Position numbers and translations under genes: made by a program
Notes under the pieces: generated by a model
What the model was told of the DNA's origin: nothing
Database searches by the model: none
What the model saw: the letters and a program-made list of their open reading frames with translations, nothing else
Shown: positions 36,073 through 46,806 of the stretch, in pieces
Layout of the letters: the number at the start of each line of letters is the position of its first letter
Numbering within the stretch: position 1 is the stretch's first letter
Assembly: GCA_031441465.1 (NCBI GenBank)
Contig: JANOEP010000026.1
Location: forward strand, 1-58,122
Direction: 5' to 3'
DNA length: 58,122 nucleotides
DNA from: a bacterium
Lineage (GTDB): Bacteria; Krumholzibacteriota; Krumholzibacteriia; LZORAL124-64-63

Positions 36073-39063
36073 ATGTCCCGGAAGCTCACGCTCATCGCCC
36101 TGTGCGGCGGTCTGCTGCTCGCGTTGGCCGGTCTGGCGCATGCGGGCGCGGGCACGCCGCAGTTCGCGCGCATCGACGCCGCGCTGGACGCCGGCGTCCT
36201 CGACGCCGAACAGGCCCTGCTCTACAAGTTCTACTACGTCTTCGATCCGGACAAGCTGCCGGCGGACTACCGCCCCGAGACGGCCGGTCCGATCAAGTGC
36301 GCCACGCCCCTGATCGTCGAGTTCGAGCAGATGCGTGACAGGATGTCCGCCGCCGACGTCGCGGCGATCGACGGCCTGATCGAGCAGCCCGCCGCCGACA
36401 AGGCCACCTACATCAGCCCCTCGGGCCGCTTCCGGATGACGTACCTCACGACCGGCGTCAACGCCGTGCCGTCGACTGACACGACCCCGGCCAACGGGAT
36501 CCCCGACTACGTCGAGCGCTGCGCGTCCTACATGGACTTCTCCTGGACCACGGAGATCACCAACCTCCACTTCACCGCGCCGCCGCTGGTCCCCTACTAC
36601 GAGGTCAGCTTCCAGAACATGGAGGCCTACGGCTACACGACCGTCGTGACGGGCACCCGCACGCGCATCGTCCTGGAGAACAACTTCGTCGGCTTCCCGC
36701 CGAACGACGACCCCGACGGCGACGTGCTCGGCGCCGCCAAGGTGACCTGCGCCCACGAGTTCAAGCACGCCTCGCAGCGCGCCACCTCGTCCTGGACCGA
36801 GGGCGGCTGGGTCGAGCTGGACGCCACCTGGGCCGAAGATGTCGTGTACGACGCCACAAACGATTTCTACAACTACCTGTCGAGCGGCAGCGGCATCACC
36901 TCTCCCACCAGCCCACTGGACACCGGCGGCGCCGGCTCCTACGACGACTGCATCTGGCAGATCGTGATGAGCGAGACCTGGGGCAACCAGATCGTCGTCG
37001 ACTTCTGGGACTGGCGCCACCTGAACACGTCCCAGTCGGTGATGGACTCCTACAGCGCCATCCTGTCGATGAACGGCTCGTCGCTGGGCCAGTTCTTCGC
37101 CAAGTACGCGGCCTGGAACTACGCCACGCGGACCAAGGCCCTGGCCGGCATCGGCTACAGCGAGGCGTCCGCCTTCCCCAACAGCGCGGCCACCGCCGGC
37201 AGCGCCTACCCGTATACCGCCTCCGGCACCATCACCCACCTGTCGGCCAAGCCGTTCCACTTCACCGGCTTCACGGCCGGAGAATACGGTGATCTGCGTG
37301 TCCAGTTCGACGGCGGGGATCTGGTCGAGATGGGCCTGGTCGCCGTGATCAAGAAGCGCGACGGCACCGGCGTGTACGAGACCATCCCCCTGAACCCGAC
37401 GACCCAATCGGCGAACGTCCTGCTGAGCGTGCCGCTGGCCCAGATCCTCTCGGTGGGCATCATCATCTCCAACACCGACATCGGCGCCAACAACGTGGCC
37501 TGGAACCTCACGGTCAGCAAGCAGCTGCCCGCAGGGACGCTGCAGATCGATCCCGCTAGCGTCGCCACGACCCTCGCCCCGGATGTCGTCGGCAGCGAGA
37601 CGGTCACGCTGACCAACGTCGGCCTGGCCGGGTCCATCCTGGACTACGACGTCTACGTCATGGACCAGGCGCCGGTGCTGAAGTCGGCACGCCCGGTCGG
37701 CGCTGTCGCCGCGACCGGCCGCAGCGTCCCCGAGCTGCGCCAGGCAGAGATGATGAGCGTGCCTCGCTACGCGGGCGACTGTGTCCTCGGCAACAACGAC
37801 ACGGCCGGCATTCAAGTTCACACCAACGGCTGGTGGGCCGGCGTGGAGACCTACGCCACTCGCATCAACCCGGCCGACTACGCCTGCAGCTGCAACCCGG
37901 GCTTCAACGTGCGGGCGATCCACATGGTTCTCTACCTGGAGACGACTTCCGCGCCCCAGGTCCAGGTGCACTTGGCCGCGGCCGGCGGCACGTGCACGAC
38001 ACCCGGCGGCATCTTGGCCAGCAGCAGCCCGGTCACCTTTTCGGGCTTCGCCGCCAACGGCTATTACGACATCGAGGTACCCTGCGACTTCACCTGCCAG
38101 AACATGACGGGCCAGTATTTCCTGCTGTTTGAGTTCCTCGACAACAACGGCCCTGTGGAGATCGTCCTGGACTCCTCGCCCCAGGCCTGTGTGAACTACA
38201 ACGACTGGGGCTCGGGCTATGCCGACGTGGTGAGCGGGTACGGCTTCCCCGGCGACTGGCTGATCTGGGCCGACGTCGACTGCTGCGGCGTGCCGACGCC
38301 AGAAGTTGCGGTGCTGACCCCGAACGGCGGCGAGATCCTGCAGGTCGGCGCCAGCACCACGATCACCTGGGCGGCGACCGTGATGACCGAGGTCAAGATC
38401 GAGGCGAGCCAGAACGGCGGCGGCGCCTGGGCCACCGTCCTGGCCAGCACGCCCAACGACGGCAGCGAGACGGTGACCGTCGGCGGTCCCGCTTCCCAGA
38501 ACAGCCTGATCCGTGTCAGCAGCCTCGACGGCATGTACAGCGACATCAGCGACGCGCCGTTCTTGACCTACCAGTCGGTGCCCTGGCTGAACGTGACGCC
38601 GGTCTCGGGCACGCTCGCCCAGAACGCGAACGTGCCGCTGGCGTTGGGCTTCGACACCACGGCGATGACCGACGGCGTCTACAACGCCTACCTCATGATC
38701 ACCAGCAACACCGGCACCTCGCCGGACGTGGTGCCGGTCGTCCTGACGGTGTTCGACCCGAACACCGGCGCCGGCGACGCGCCGCGCGTCTTCCGCCTGG
38801 ACGGCAACGTGCCCAACCCGTTCAACCCCTCGACCACGGTTTCCTTCAGCCTGGCGACGGCCGGCCGCGCGACGGTCGACGTGCTGGACCTGCAGGGCCG
38901 CGTGGTGCGCACCCTGTTCACGGGCGATCTGCCCGCCGGCGTGCGGACCCAGGTCTGGGACGGCCGCGACGATGCGGGCCGCGAGGTGGCGTCGGGCGCT
39001 TATCTCGCCCGCCTGCAGTCGGGCGGCCAGACGGCGACCCACAAGATGATCCTGGCCCGGTAA
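36073..39063 (+). CDS. secreted putative zinc metalloprotease (HExxH; MXAN_6640-like) with FlgD-Ig C-terminal domain
   Basis: Signal peptide; KCATP; AHEFKHASQ...ELDATWAED; PNGGE Ig module; GNVPNPFNP...HKMILAR. Confidence 0.78.
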   Translation: MSRKLTLIALCGGLLLALAGLAHAGAGTPQFARIDAALDAGVLDAEQALLYKFYYVFDPDKLPADYRPETAGPIKCATPLIVEFEQMRDRMSAADVAAIDGLIEQPAADKATYISPSGRFRMTYLTTGVNAVPSTDTTPANGIPDYVERCASYMDFSWTTEITNLHFTAPPLVPYYEVSFQNMEAYGYTTVVTGTRTRIVLENNFVGFPPNDDPDGDVLGAAKVTCAHEFKHASQRATSSWTEGGWVELDATWAEDVVYDATNDFYNYLSSGSGITSPTSPLDTGGAGSYDDCIWQIVMSETWGNQIVVDFWDWRHLNTSQSVMDSYSAILSMNGSSLGQFFAKYAAWNYATRTKALAGIGYSEASAFPNSAATAGSAYPYTASGTITHLSAKPFHFTGFTAGEYGDLRVQFDGGDLVEMGLVAVIKKRDGTGVYETIPLNPTTQSANVLLSVPLAQILSVGIIISNTDIGANNVAWNLTVSKQLPAGTLQIDPASVATTLAPDVVGSETVTLTNVGLAGSILDYDVYVMDQAPVLKSARPVGAVAATGRSVPELRQAEMMSVPRYAGDCVLGNNDTAGIQVHTNGWWAGVETYATRINPADYACSCNPGFNVRAIHMVLYLETTSAPQVQVHLAAAGGTCTTPGGILASSSPVTFSGFAANGYYDIEVPCDFTCQNMTGQYFLLFEFLDNNGPVEIVLDSSPQACVNYNDWGSGYADVVSGYGFPGDWLIWADVDCCGVPTPEVAVLTPNGGEILQVGASTTITWAATVMTEVKIEASQNGGGAWATVLASTPNDGSETVTVGGPASQNSLIRVSSLDGMYSDISDAPFLTYQSVPWLNVTPVSGTLAQNANVPLALGFDTTAMTDGVYNAYLMITSNTGTSPDVVPVVLTVFDPNTGAGDAPRVFRLDGNVPNPFNPSTTVSFSLATAGRATVDVLDLQGRVVRTLFTGDLPAGVRTQVWDGRDDAGREVASGAYLARLQSGGQTATHKMILAR

Positions 39064-39091
39064 CGCGGCGTCAGAGTCAGGGATCGACGAG

Positions 39092-39123
39092 GGAGGGCCC
39101 CGGGCTGTAGCCTGGGGCCCTCC
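39092..39123 (+). terminator. GC hairpin downstream of metalloprotease gene
   Basis: GGAGGGCCCCGGGCT-GT-AGCCTGGGGCCCTCC; no U-tract. Confidence 0.45.
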
Positions 39124-39146
39124 GTCCAACCGCGAGGTGACAGTGC

Positions 39147-39461
39147 ATGGACGACATCCGCGTGACCACCGGCCTGCTCGTGCTGGACCTCCAGCTGCCC
39201 CACGCCACGTCGCTGAAGGAGCGGCGGCAGGAACTGCGGTCCCTGCTCGACCGCCTGCGCCGCCTGGAACTGGCCGCGGCCCAGGTCGGGCCCGCCGACC
39301 TGCTGCAGCGGGCGTTCGTCGCGGTGACGGCCGTGGCCGGCGCCCCGGCGCTGCTGGAGGAGCGATTGGACCAGGCCGAATCCCTCGCCTTCGGGACGGC
39401 CTTCGAGGTGGCGGTGCTGCGGCGGGAGACGGGGACTTGGTCGGGGCGCTCGGTCTGGTGA
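39147..39461 (+). CDS. DUF503 family protein
   Basis: GLLVLDLQLPHATSLKERR motif. Confidence 0.8.
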   Translation: MDDIRVTTGLLVLDLQLPHATSLKERRQELRSLLDRLRRLELAAAQVGPADLLQRAFVAVTAVAGAPALLEERLDQAESLAFGTAFEVAVLRRETGTWSGRSVW

Positions 39462-39552
39462 GCGGATGTGGGGAGTTCGCCGCGGGACTGGTCATTCCGG
39501 GGCATTTGTGCCACATTGCACCGACCCTTACCGCCCGACGAGGAGCCGTCCG

Positions 39553-40197
39553 ATGACCCTGATCGACCTCAGCCACCCGCTGGCGACCGGCATGGCGGTC
39601 TACCCCGGCGACGAGACGACGCCCGTCATCAGCCGCCTCAGCGCGCACGGCGACGGCCATCACCAGTCCTCGGCCTTCGCGACCGGTTGCCACGCGGGCA
39701 CGCACATCGACCTGCCGCTGCATTTCCGGGCCGGGGAGCCCGCGCTGGAGGATTTCCCGGTCGGGCGGTGCGAGGGGACGGCCGTGGCGCTCGACGCGCC
39801 CGAAGGCGCCATCCCGCCCGCCGTGCTGGCCGGGGTCGATCTCGCGGCGGTGGACTTCGTGCTGCTGCGCACCGGCTGGTCCCGCCACTGGGGCGCGCCG
39901 CAGTACTACCGGGACTGGCCCTGGCTGACCGAGGGCACCGCGCTGCTGCTGGCCGAGGCCGGACTGAAGGGCGTCGGGTTGGACAGCCCGAGCATCGACC
40001 CTTTCGGCGTCGAGACGGCGCACCACATCCTGGCCGCGGCCGGCCTGATCAACATCGAGAACCTCGCGGCCCTGGACCGCCTGCCGGCGGAACCGTTCCG
40101 TTTCGCGGCCCTGCCGCTGCGGCTGGCCGGCGCCGAGGCGTCGCCGGTGCGCGCCGTGGCCTGGATCGGGCCCGGGGGAGGCCGCCGTGCTGGATGA
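39553..40197 (+). CDS. cyclase family (kynurenine formamidase-like) protein
   Basis: IDLSHPL, YPGD, HAGTHID, GLDSPSID, IENL, EASPVRAVA. Confidence 0.92.
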   Translation: MTLIDLSHPLATGMAVYPGDETTPVISRLSAHGDGHHQSSAFATGCHAGTHIDLPLHFRAGEPALEDFPVGRCEGTAVALDAPEGAIPPAVLAGVDLAAVDFVLLRTGWSRHWGAPQYYRDWPWLTEGTALLLAEAGLKGVGLDSPSIDPFGVETAHHILAAAGLINIENLAALDRLPAEPFRFAALPLRLAGAEASPVRAVAWIGPGGGRRAG

Positions 40198-40966
40198 CAA
40201 GCGCTACTCGGACGACACCGACGGCCGGGAAGGCGGGCTGCACGGCGACACGCCGCGCCGCGGCCTGGCGCGCACCATCGCCAAGGTGGGCTACGCCACG
40301 CGACGCCAGGCCGAGGAGATGGTCCGCAGCGGCCGGGTCACCGTCGACGGGCGCCGCGAGCTGGACCCCGGCGCCACGGTGACGCCCGAGTCGATGATCG
40401 CCATCGACGACCACCAGCTCATCGACGTCATGCGCACCTACCTCGCGCTGCACAAGCCCGAGGGCCTCGCCGTCGCGCCGGTGATCGGCCACCGCGTGCG
40501 CATGGTCGCCGAACTGCTGCCCCGCGACGCGCCCGGGTTGCGCGCCGCCGGCCGCCTCGACACCGCCACCAGCGGCCTGCTGCTCGTCTCGAACGACAGC
40601 GCCTGGAACGCGGCCGCCGCCGGCGGCGAAGATCTGGAGAAGGAGTACCTGATCCGGGTCGGCGGGTCGGTCACCGACGCGCTGATCGACGTGATCGGCG
40701 CCGGGGTGTCGGCCCTGAAGCTGGGCCTGCTCAAGCCCGAACTGGTGGCGTTGGAGAGCCGCGAGGACAACGCCTCGACCATCCGCATCGCGCTGCGCGG
40801 CGGCAAGGTCCGCCAGCTGCGCATCCTCTGCACCGTCCTGCGCCTGGACCTGCAGGCCGTGCACCGCGTGCGGGTCGGGCCGGTGCTGCTGGGTGGGCTC
40901 AAGCCCGGCCGCTACCGGCACCTGTCGCGGGACGAGGTCGAGGGGATCCACAGGAGTCCGGCGTGA
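40187..40966 (+). CDS. RsuA/RluB-family pseudouridine synthase with S4 domain
   Basis: S4 TRRQAEEMVRSGRVTVDG; HKPEG; catalytic GRLDTATSGLLL; EKEY. Confidence 0.9.
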   Translation: MLDDKRYSDDTDGREGGLHGDTPRRGLARTIAKVGYATRRQAEEMVRSGRVTVDGRRELDPGATVTPESMIAIDDHQLIDVMRTYLALHKPEGLAVAPVIGHRVRMVAELLPRDAPGLRAAGRLDTATSGLLLVSNDSAWNAAAAGGEDLEKEYLIRVGGSVTDALIDVIGAGVSALKLGLLKPELVALESREDNASTIRIALRGGKVRQLRILCTVLRLDLQAVHRVRVGPVLLGGLKPGRYRHLSRDEVEGIHRSPA

Positions 40967-41688
40967 AATCCCCGGCGGCGGGCCGGCCCGCCGACGCCGG
41001 CCACTTCCTGCTCGAGCGGCGCGCCCGCCTGGTCCGTCCCCACATCCCCGCCGACGCCGTGGTCGGCCTCGATTTTGGCTGTGGCAACGGCGCCCAGACC
41101 GTCCTGTTCCGGGATCGCTTCGACACGCTCTACGGCGCCGACATCGACGAGACCCACCTGGCGCGCTTCGCCGCCGCCGCCGCGCGGGCTCCGGGCCGCG
41201 CCGTCATGACGCCCCTGCACTGCCGTCACGGCGTCGTGGCCCTGCCCGACGGCGTCGTGGACTGCCTGCTGTCCTTCGAGGTCTTGGAGCACGTGAGGGA
41301 CGAGACGCTCGTCCTGCGGGAGTGGCTGCGGGTGCTGCGCGCGGGGGGCAGGTTGATCGTCTCGGTGCCCAACCGCTGGTGGATCTTCGAGACCCACGGG
41401 GCGGACCTGCCGTTGCTGCCCTGGAACCGGGTGCCGTTCTACAGCTGGCTGCCCCGCCGCCTCCACGACCGCCACGCCCGTGCCCGGATCTACCGCCGGC
41501 GCGACATCGTGCAGTTGCTGGAACGGGCGGGCTTCCGGATCGAGTCGACGTGCCGCGTCACGGCGCCGATGGACGTCGTGCGCTGGCGCCCGCTGCGGCA
41601 AGCCCTGCGCCGCACGCTCTTCCGGCGCGACGCGACCCGGGTGCCGTTCCTGGCCACCTCGATCCTGGTCGTCGCCCGCCGCCCCTGA
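40963..41688 (+). CDS. class I SAM-dependent methyltransferase
   Basis: LDFGCGNG; FEVLEHV; RVLRAGG...VSVPN. Confidence 0.9.
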   Translation: MKSPAAGRPADAGHFLLERRARLVRPHIPADAVVGLDFGCGNGAQTVLFRDRFDTLYGADIDETHLARFAAAAARAPGRAVMTPLHCRHGVVALPDGVVDCLLSFEVLEHVRDETLVLREWLRVLRAGGRLIVSVPNRWWIFETHGADLPLLPWNRVPFYSWLPRRLHDRHARARIYRRRDIVQLLERAGFRIESTCRVTAPMDVVRWRPLRQALRRTLFRRDATRVPFLATSILVVARRP

Positions 41689-41694
41689 TCCCCG

Positions 41695-43152
41695 TCACAT
41701 CGTCGCGACCAGCTCGTTGAACGCCCGGATGCCGTCGTCCCAGGCGTCGGCCTCGGCGAACATCTCCGGCCAGAAGTCGAGATCCCAGAGCCGGCGCAGG
41801 TCGGCCACGTCGCGCTGTTGCTGCTCCACCCAGGTGAAGTACTTGAAGTTGTGCAGCTGCTTGCGGTCCTGGTAGCCCAGCTCGCGCACGTGGTCGGGCG
41901 TGACGCCGCGCAGCCAGCGCTCGAGATGGCGCAGGGCGTCCTCGCGACCGTACGGGCCGTGGGCCGCATTCAGTTCGGTCAGCCGCGAGGCGTACAGCTC
42001 GGACGAGTCGGTCAGCGGGGTGAACAGCACGTCGCGGCCGTCGAGGTCGTAGTAACGGGCGGTCTTGATCGCCGACACGAGGTTGCTCAGGCCCGAGATG
42101 CCCAGCAGCGGCAGCTGCGCGACCAGCGCCGCCGGCACGCCCTCGCTCACCAGCGTCTCGCGGCCCGCCGGCTCGTTGCACAGGCGCAGCAGGTCCATGC
42201 ACTGCTGGTCGTCCACCGCGGCGACGAAGTCGGTGTTGCGCACGTTGTGGATCCACGGCACGTGCTTGTCGCCGATGCCCTCGATGCGGTGCCCGCCGAA
42301 GCCGCAGCGCAGCAGCGTGGGGCACTGCAGGGCCTCCGAGGCGGTGATCAGCGCCCCCGGGTGTTCGGTCTTGAGGCGGTCGCCGGCGGCCAGCGTGCCG
42401 GCCGAGCCGGTGGCCGAGATCCAGGCCGCGAGGCGGTCGCCGGGCCGCGCGATCTGCGCGAAGATCTCCAGGACGATGCCGCCGGTCAGACGGTAATGCC
42501 ACTGCGCGTTGCCCCACTCCTCGAACTGGTTGAAGATCACGCACTCGGGGCGCGTGCGCTTGATCTCCCAGCATTTGTCGTAGATCTCCTTGACGTTCGA
42601 CTCGCAGCCGGGCGTCGCGATGACCTCGGTGGCCACGCCGCGCAGCCACTCGAAGCGCTCGCGGCTCATCTCCTCGGGCAGGATCGCGACGGACTCGCAG
42701 GCCAGCAGCTTCGAGTCGAAGGCGCCGCCGCGGCAGTAGTTGCCGGTGCTGGGCCAGACCGCCTTCTGGCGCGTGGGGTCGAAGGCGCCGGTGATCAGGC
42801 GTGGCACCAGGCAGCCGAAGGCCGCGCCCACCTTGTGGGCCCCGGTCGGGAACCACTTGCCGACCAGGCCGACGATGCGCGCCGGCACGCCGGTCAGCTC
42901 GGGCGGGAATTCGATCCAGTTGCCCCCGTTGTAGAGCCCGGTCTGCGGGTCGTTCTTCCAGGTGATGCGGAACAGGTTGACCGGGTCGATGTCCCACAGG
43001 CCGACCTGCTTCAGTCGCTTCTGCACCGCGTCCGGGACCAGGGTCGGGTCCTGCATCTCCTGCAAGGTGGGGATGACGATGCCGCGCTCGCGGCAGCGGC
43101 GGGCGGCCAGGTGCAGGATCTCGCGGTCGACGATCTTCAGGGACTGGCTCAT
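41695..43152 (-). CDS. PLP-dependent enzyme, fold type II (cysteine synthase-like superfamily)
   Basis: TGAHKVG (PLP Lys), STGNY, NQF, TGSAGT, HRIEGIG, GISG. Confidence 0.88.
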   Translation of the reverse strand: MSQSLKIVDREILHLAARRCRERGIVIPTLQEMQDPTLVPDAVQKRLKQVGLWDIDPVNLFRITWKNDPQTGLYNGGNWIEFPPELTGVPARIVGLVGKWFPTGAHKVGAAFGCLVPRLITGAFDPTRQKAVWPSTGNYCRGGAFDSKLLACESVAILPEEMSRERFEWLRGVATEVIATPGCESNVKEIYDKCWEIKRTRPECVIFNQFEEWGNAQWHYRLTGGIVLEIFAQIARPGDRLAAWISATGSAGTLAAGDRLKTEHPGALITASEALQCPTLLRCGFGGHRIEGIGDKHVPWIHNVRNTDFVAAVDDQQCMDLLRLCNEPAGRETLVSEGVPAALVAQLPLLGISGLSNLVSAIKTARYYDLDGRDVLFTPLTDSSELYASRLTELNAAHGPYGREDALRHLERWLRGVTPDHVRELGYQDRKQLHNFKYFTWVEQQQRDVADLRRLWDLDFWPEMFAEADAWDDGIRAFNELVATM

Positions 43153-43311
43153 GGGGGGTTGTCCTTCGGCGTTCCAGGGACTTTATTATCCGTTCAGCAA
43201 CTGCTGGACTGTTACCCTATCGGCCCCTCTAGAATGCGATTCCCGGACCCGCCGGTCAACCCCGGCCGACCGGACGACGAGGCCCACGGACGCCCCCGGA
43301 AGGAAACAGGC

Positions 43312-45582
43312 ATGGCGATCGAGACCACTCCGCGGATGGTGCAGGCAGTCTACGGTGCGAGCCGCGAGCGGCTCGCGGTCGTGCGCAAGCGGCTGGGGCG
43401 CCCCCTGACCCTAGCCGAAAAAGTCTTCTTCGGGCACCTGGACGACCCGGCGGGGCAGGAACTCGCCCGCGGGAAGGCCACCCTGGCCCTGCGGCCCGAC
43501 CGCGTGGCCATGCAGGACGCCACGGCCCAGATGGCCATCCTGCAGTTCATGCAGGCCGGCCGCGACGAAGCGGCCGTACCCACGACCATCCACTGCGACC
43601 ACCTGCTGCTAGCCTACAAGGGCGCCGTGGCGGACAAGGCCCAAGCCCTGGACACCAACCGCGAGGTCTACGATTTCCTGAGCTCGTCGGCCGCGCGCTA
43701 CGGCATGGGATTCTGGAAACCGGGCTCGGGCATCATCCACCAGATCGTGCTGGAGAACTACGCGTTCCCCGGCGGGCTGATCATCGGCACCGACAGCCAC
43801 ACGCCCAACGGCGGCGGCCTCGCGATGGCGGCCTGCGGCGTGGGCGGCGCCGACGCCGTCGACGTCATGGTGGGCATGCCCTGGGAGGTCAAGCACCCGA
43901 AGATCATCGGCGTGAAGCTCACCGGCGCGCCCAGCGGCTGGACCGCCCCGAAGGACGTCATCCTGAAACTCTGCGGCATCCTGACGGTCAAGGGCGGCAC
44001 CAACGCGGTCGTGGAGTACTTCGGGCCGGGCTGCGACGCGCTCAGCTGCACCGGCAAGGCCACGATCACGAACATGGGCGCCGAGCTGGGCGCCACCACC
44101 AGCATCTTCCCCTACGACGGGCGCATGGCGGCCTACCTGAAGGCCACCGGCCGCGCGGAGCTGGCCGTCCTGGCGGACGCGAACCGCGACCTGCTGACGG
44201 CCGACCCGGAGGTCGCCGCCTCGCCGGCCGACCACTACGACCAGATCGTGGAGATCGACCTCTCGACCCTCGAGCCCCACATGGTGGGCCCGCACTCGCC
44301 GGACCTGGCGCGGCCCGTCGGCCGCCTGGCCGCGGACGTGGCGCGGGAAGGCTACCCCGCGCAGATCAGCGCCGCCCTGATCGGCAGCTGCACGAACTCC
44401 TCCTACGAGGACATCTGCCGCGCGGCGGACGTGGCGCGGCAGGCGGTCGCCAAGGGCCTGAAGATGAAGACGACCCTGTGGGTCTCGCCCGGCTCGGATC
44501 AGATCTACGAGACCATCAAGCGCGACGGCCAGCTGGCGGCGCTCGAGGCGGTGGGCGCCACGGTGCTGACCAACGCCTGCGGTCCCTGCATCGGGCAGTG
44601 GCAGCGCGACGACGTCCCCTCGGGCGAGCCGAACTCCATCGTCACCTCGTTCAACCGCAACTTCCGCAAGCGCAACGACGGCAACCCAGAAACCAACGCC
44701 TTCATCAGCAGCCCCGAGATCGTCATGGCGTACGGCCTGGCCGGCTCCCTGAGCTTCGACCCGCTGCGCGACACGCTGACCAACTCCCGCGGCGAGCAGG
44801 TCCGCCTCGACGCGCCCGCGGTCGCCGACGAGTTGCCGCGCCGCGGCTTCGTCACGGCGACCGACGGCTACCAGGCGCCGCCCACCGACGTTCGCGGCGT
44901 GGCGGTGCTGGTCGACCCGAAGAGCGACCGCCTGGCCCTGCTGGAGCCCTTCGCGCCGTGGGACGGCGCCGACCTCATGGGCCTGCCGGTCCTGATCAAG
45001 GCGCAGGGCAAGTGCACCACCGACCACATCTCGATGGCCGGTCCCTGGCTCAAGTACCGCGGCCACCTGGACAACATCAGCAACAACATGCTGATCGGCG
45101 CGGTCAACGCCTTCAGCGGCGAGACGAACCGGGTCAAGAACCAGCTCGACGGCGGCAGCGGCGAAGTGCCGCAGGTGGCGCGCGCGTACAAGGCCGCGGG
45201 CCTGCGCTGGCTCGTCGTCGGCGACGAGAACTACGGCGAGGGCTCGAGCCGCGAGCACGCGGCCATGGAGCCGCGGCACCTGGGCTGCGCCGCGGTCCTG
45301 GTGCGCAGCTTCGCCCGCATCCACGAGACGAACCTCAAGAAGCAGGGCCTCCTGCCGCTGACCTTCGCCGACCCGGCCGACTACGACCGCGTCCGGCAGG
45401 ACGACCGCGTCGCGATCGGACCGCTGGCCGACCTGGCGCCGGGACGCCCCCTGCGCGTCACCCTGACGCACGACGACGGCGGGACCGAATCCTTCGACGT
45501 CCTGCACACCTTCACCGCGGAGCAGATCGGCTGGTTCCGGGCCGGCTCGGCCCTGAACCGGATCAAGGCCGCCCGGGCCTGA
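43312..45582 (+). CDS. acn: aconitate hydratase (mitochondrial-like type)
   Basis: [57 protein letters not shown]. Confidence 0.96.
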   Translation: MAIETTPRMVQAVYGASRERLAVVRKRLGRPLTLAEKVFFGHLDDPAGQELARGKATLALRPDRVAMQDATAQMAILQFMQAGRDEAAVPTTIHCDHLLLAYKGAVADKAQALDTNREVYDFLSSSAARYGMGFWKPGSGIIHQIVLENYAFPGGLIIGTDSHTPNGGGLAMAACGVGGADAVDVMVGMPWEVKHPKIIGVKLTGAPSGWTAPKDVILKLCGILTVKGGTNAVVEYFGPGCDALSCTGKATITNMGAELGATTSIFPYDGRMAAYLKATGRAELAVLADANRDLLTADPEVAASPADHYDQIVEIDLSTLEPHMVGPHSPDLARPVGRLAADVAREGYPAQISAALIGSCTNSSYEDICRAADVARQAVAKGLKMKTTLWVSPGSDQIYETIKRDGQLAALEAVGATVLTNACGPCIGQWQRDDVPSGEPNSIVTSFNRNFRKRNDGNPETNAFISSPEIVMAYGLAGSLSFDPLRDTLTNSRGEQVRLDAPAVADELPRRGFVTATDGYQAPPTDVRGVAVLVDPKSDRLALLEPFAPWDGADLMGLPVLIKAQGKCTTDHISMAGPWLKYRGHLDNISNNMLIGAVNAFSGETNRVKNQLDGGSGEVPQVARAYKAAGLRWLVVGDENYGEGSSREHAAMEPRHLGCAAVLVRSFARIHETNLKKQGLLPLTFADPADYDRVRQDDRVAIGPLADLAPGRPLRVTLTHDDGGTESFDVLHTFTAEQIGWFRAGSALNRIKAARA

Positions 45583-45602
45583 GCGGGCCGGCGCGAGCGT
45601 TG

Positions 45603-45634
45603 GTGCGGTTCCCCGCGGGGAACCGCACTTTTTT
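45603..45634 (+). terminator. intrinsic terminator after aconitase
   Basis: Perfect palindrome GTGCGGTTCCCCGCGGGGAACCGCAC followed by T6. Confidence 0.85.
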
Positions 45635-45758
45635 ATCCAAGAGCAAGTTGTGGCCGGTTCGACCGTTCCCTGCTTGCCGGTAGTGTGGGTCCCCCATAAA
45701 CTGCGTTCACGTATCGCCTGCTGACCGCCGTCTCCGTCAGGAAAGGTCGGCTCCCCAC

Positions 45759-46685
45759 ATGAAATCCTACCATCGCATCTCGCTCACCTACCTCGCCGCG
45801 GGCGTGCTGTGGATCCTGCTGTCCGACCGGTTCCTGGACCTGGCCGCGCCCGATGCCGTCTCCCGCCTGCAGACCTACAAGGGCTGGTTCTTCGTCACCT
45901 TGACCACCCTCTTGCTGTACGGCGCCCTGCGCCGCCGCGAGTTGCACCTGCAGCACACGCTGGACGCGCTCGCCGCCGCGCAGGCCCACTCCCGCGAGAC
46001 CGTGCAGTTCGTGGCCTCGACGTCGCACGAGCTGCGCACGCCGCTGGGCGCGATCCTGGGCTTTTCGAGCTTCCTGCTGCAGGAGAAGCCGGGACCCCTG
46101 AACCCGGAGCAGCGCGAGCAGCTGGGCCATGTGCGCGACGCCGCCCGGCACCTGCAGGGCATCACCAGCGACATCACCGACCTGGCGCGTCTGGACGACG
46201 GCCGCGTCGCGCCCGTGATCGACGAGTTCCCGCTCGAGGCCCTGCTGGACGAGGCGCTCGCCAACGTGAAGGAGCAGGCCGCGACCAAGGGCCTCACCCT
46301 GAGCGTCGCCGGCGTCCCGGGTCTCGTCCTGCACCAGGACCGACGCCGGTTGCTGCAATGCCTGCTGAACCTGCTGTCCAACGCCGTGAAGTTCACGGAT
46401 GCGGGCGAGGTCGCGCTGCAGGCCACGGTCGACGGGGGCACCCTCAGGCTCCAGGTCCGCGACACCGGTCCCGGCATCCGGCCCGAGGCGCGCGAACTCC
46501 TGTTCCGACCCTACAGCCGCCTTGACACGCCCGAGACGCTGCGCGCCCACGGCACCGGTCTGGGCCTGTTCATCACCTGCCGCCTGGTCGAGGGGTTGCT
46601 GGCCGGCCGGGTGGGGTTGGACGACGCCCCGGGCCGCGGCAGCGTCTTCCGCCTGGAGATCCCGGTCCGCCACCCGGCCGGGTAG
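45759..46685 (+). CDS. membrane sensor histidine kinase (HisKA + HATPase)
   Basis: Two N-terminal TM helices; SHELRTPL; NLLSNAVKFT; DTGPGI; GTGLGL. Confidence 0.95.
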   Translation: MKSYHRISLTYLAAGVLWILLSDRFLDLAAPDAVSRLQTYKGWFFVTLTTLLLYGALRRRELHLQHTLDALAAAQAHSRETVQFVASTSHELRTPLGAILGFSSFLLQEKPGPLNPEQREQLGHVRDAARHLQGITSDITDLARLDDGRVAPVIDEFPLEALLDEALANVKEQAATKGLTLSVAGVPGLVLHQDRRRLLQCLLNLLSNAVKFTDAGEVALQATVDGGTLRLQVRDTGPGIRPEARELLFRPYSRLDTPETLRAHGTGLGLFITCRLVEGLLAGRVGLDDAPGRGSVFRLEIPVRHPAG

Positions 46686-46806
46686 GCCGCGGATTCCTGG
46701 CTCCAGACCGGCTCCTCGTCGCCGATGCAGCCACAGTGTGCTGGACGCCGCGCCCTCGCGGGCGCATGCTGGCGGTGTCCGGCTGCCGTGAACCGGGGAG
46801 GCTTCC

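Noticed and set aside
45603..45628. Palindrome CGGTTCCCCGCGGGGAAC resembling the CRISPR repeat
   Set aside because: Single copy directly after the aconitase stop and followed by T6; an intrinsic terminator explains it.
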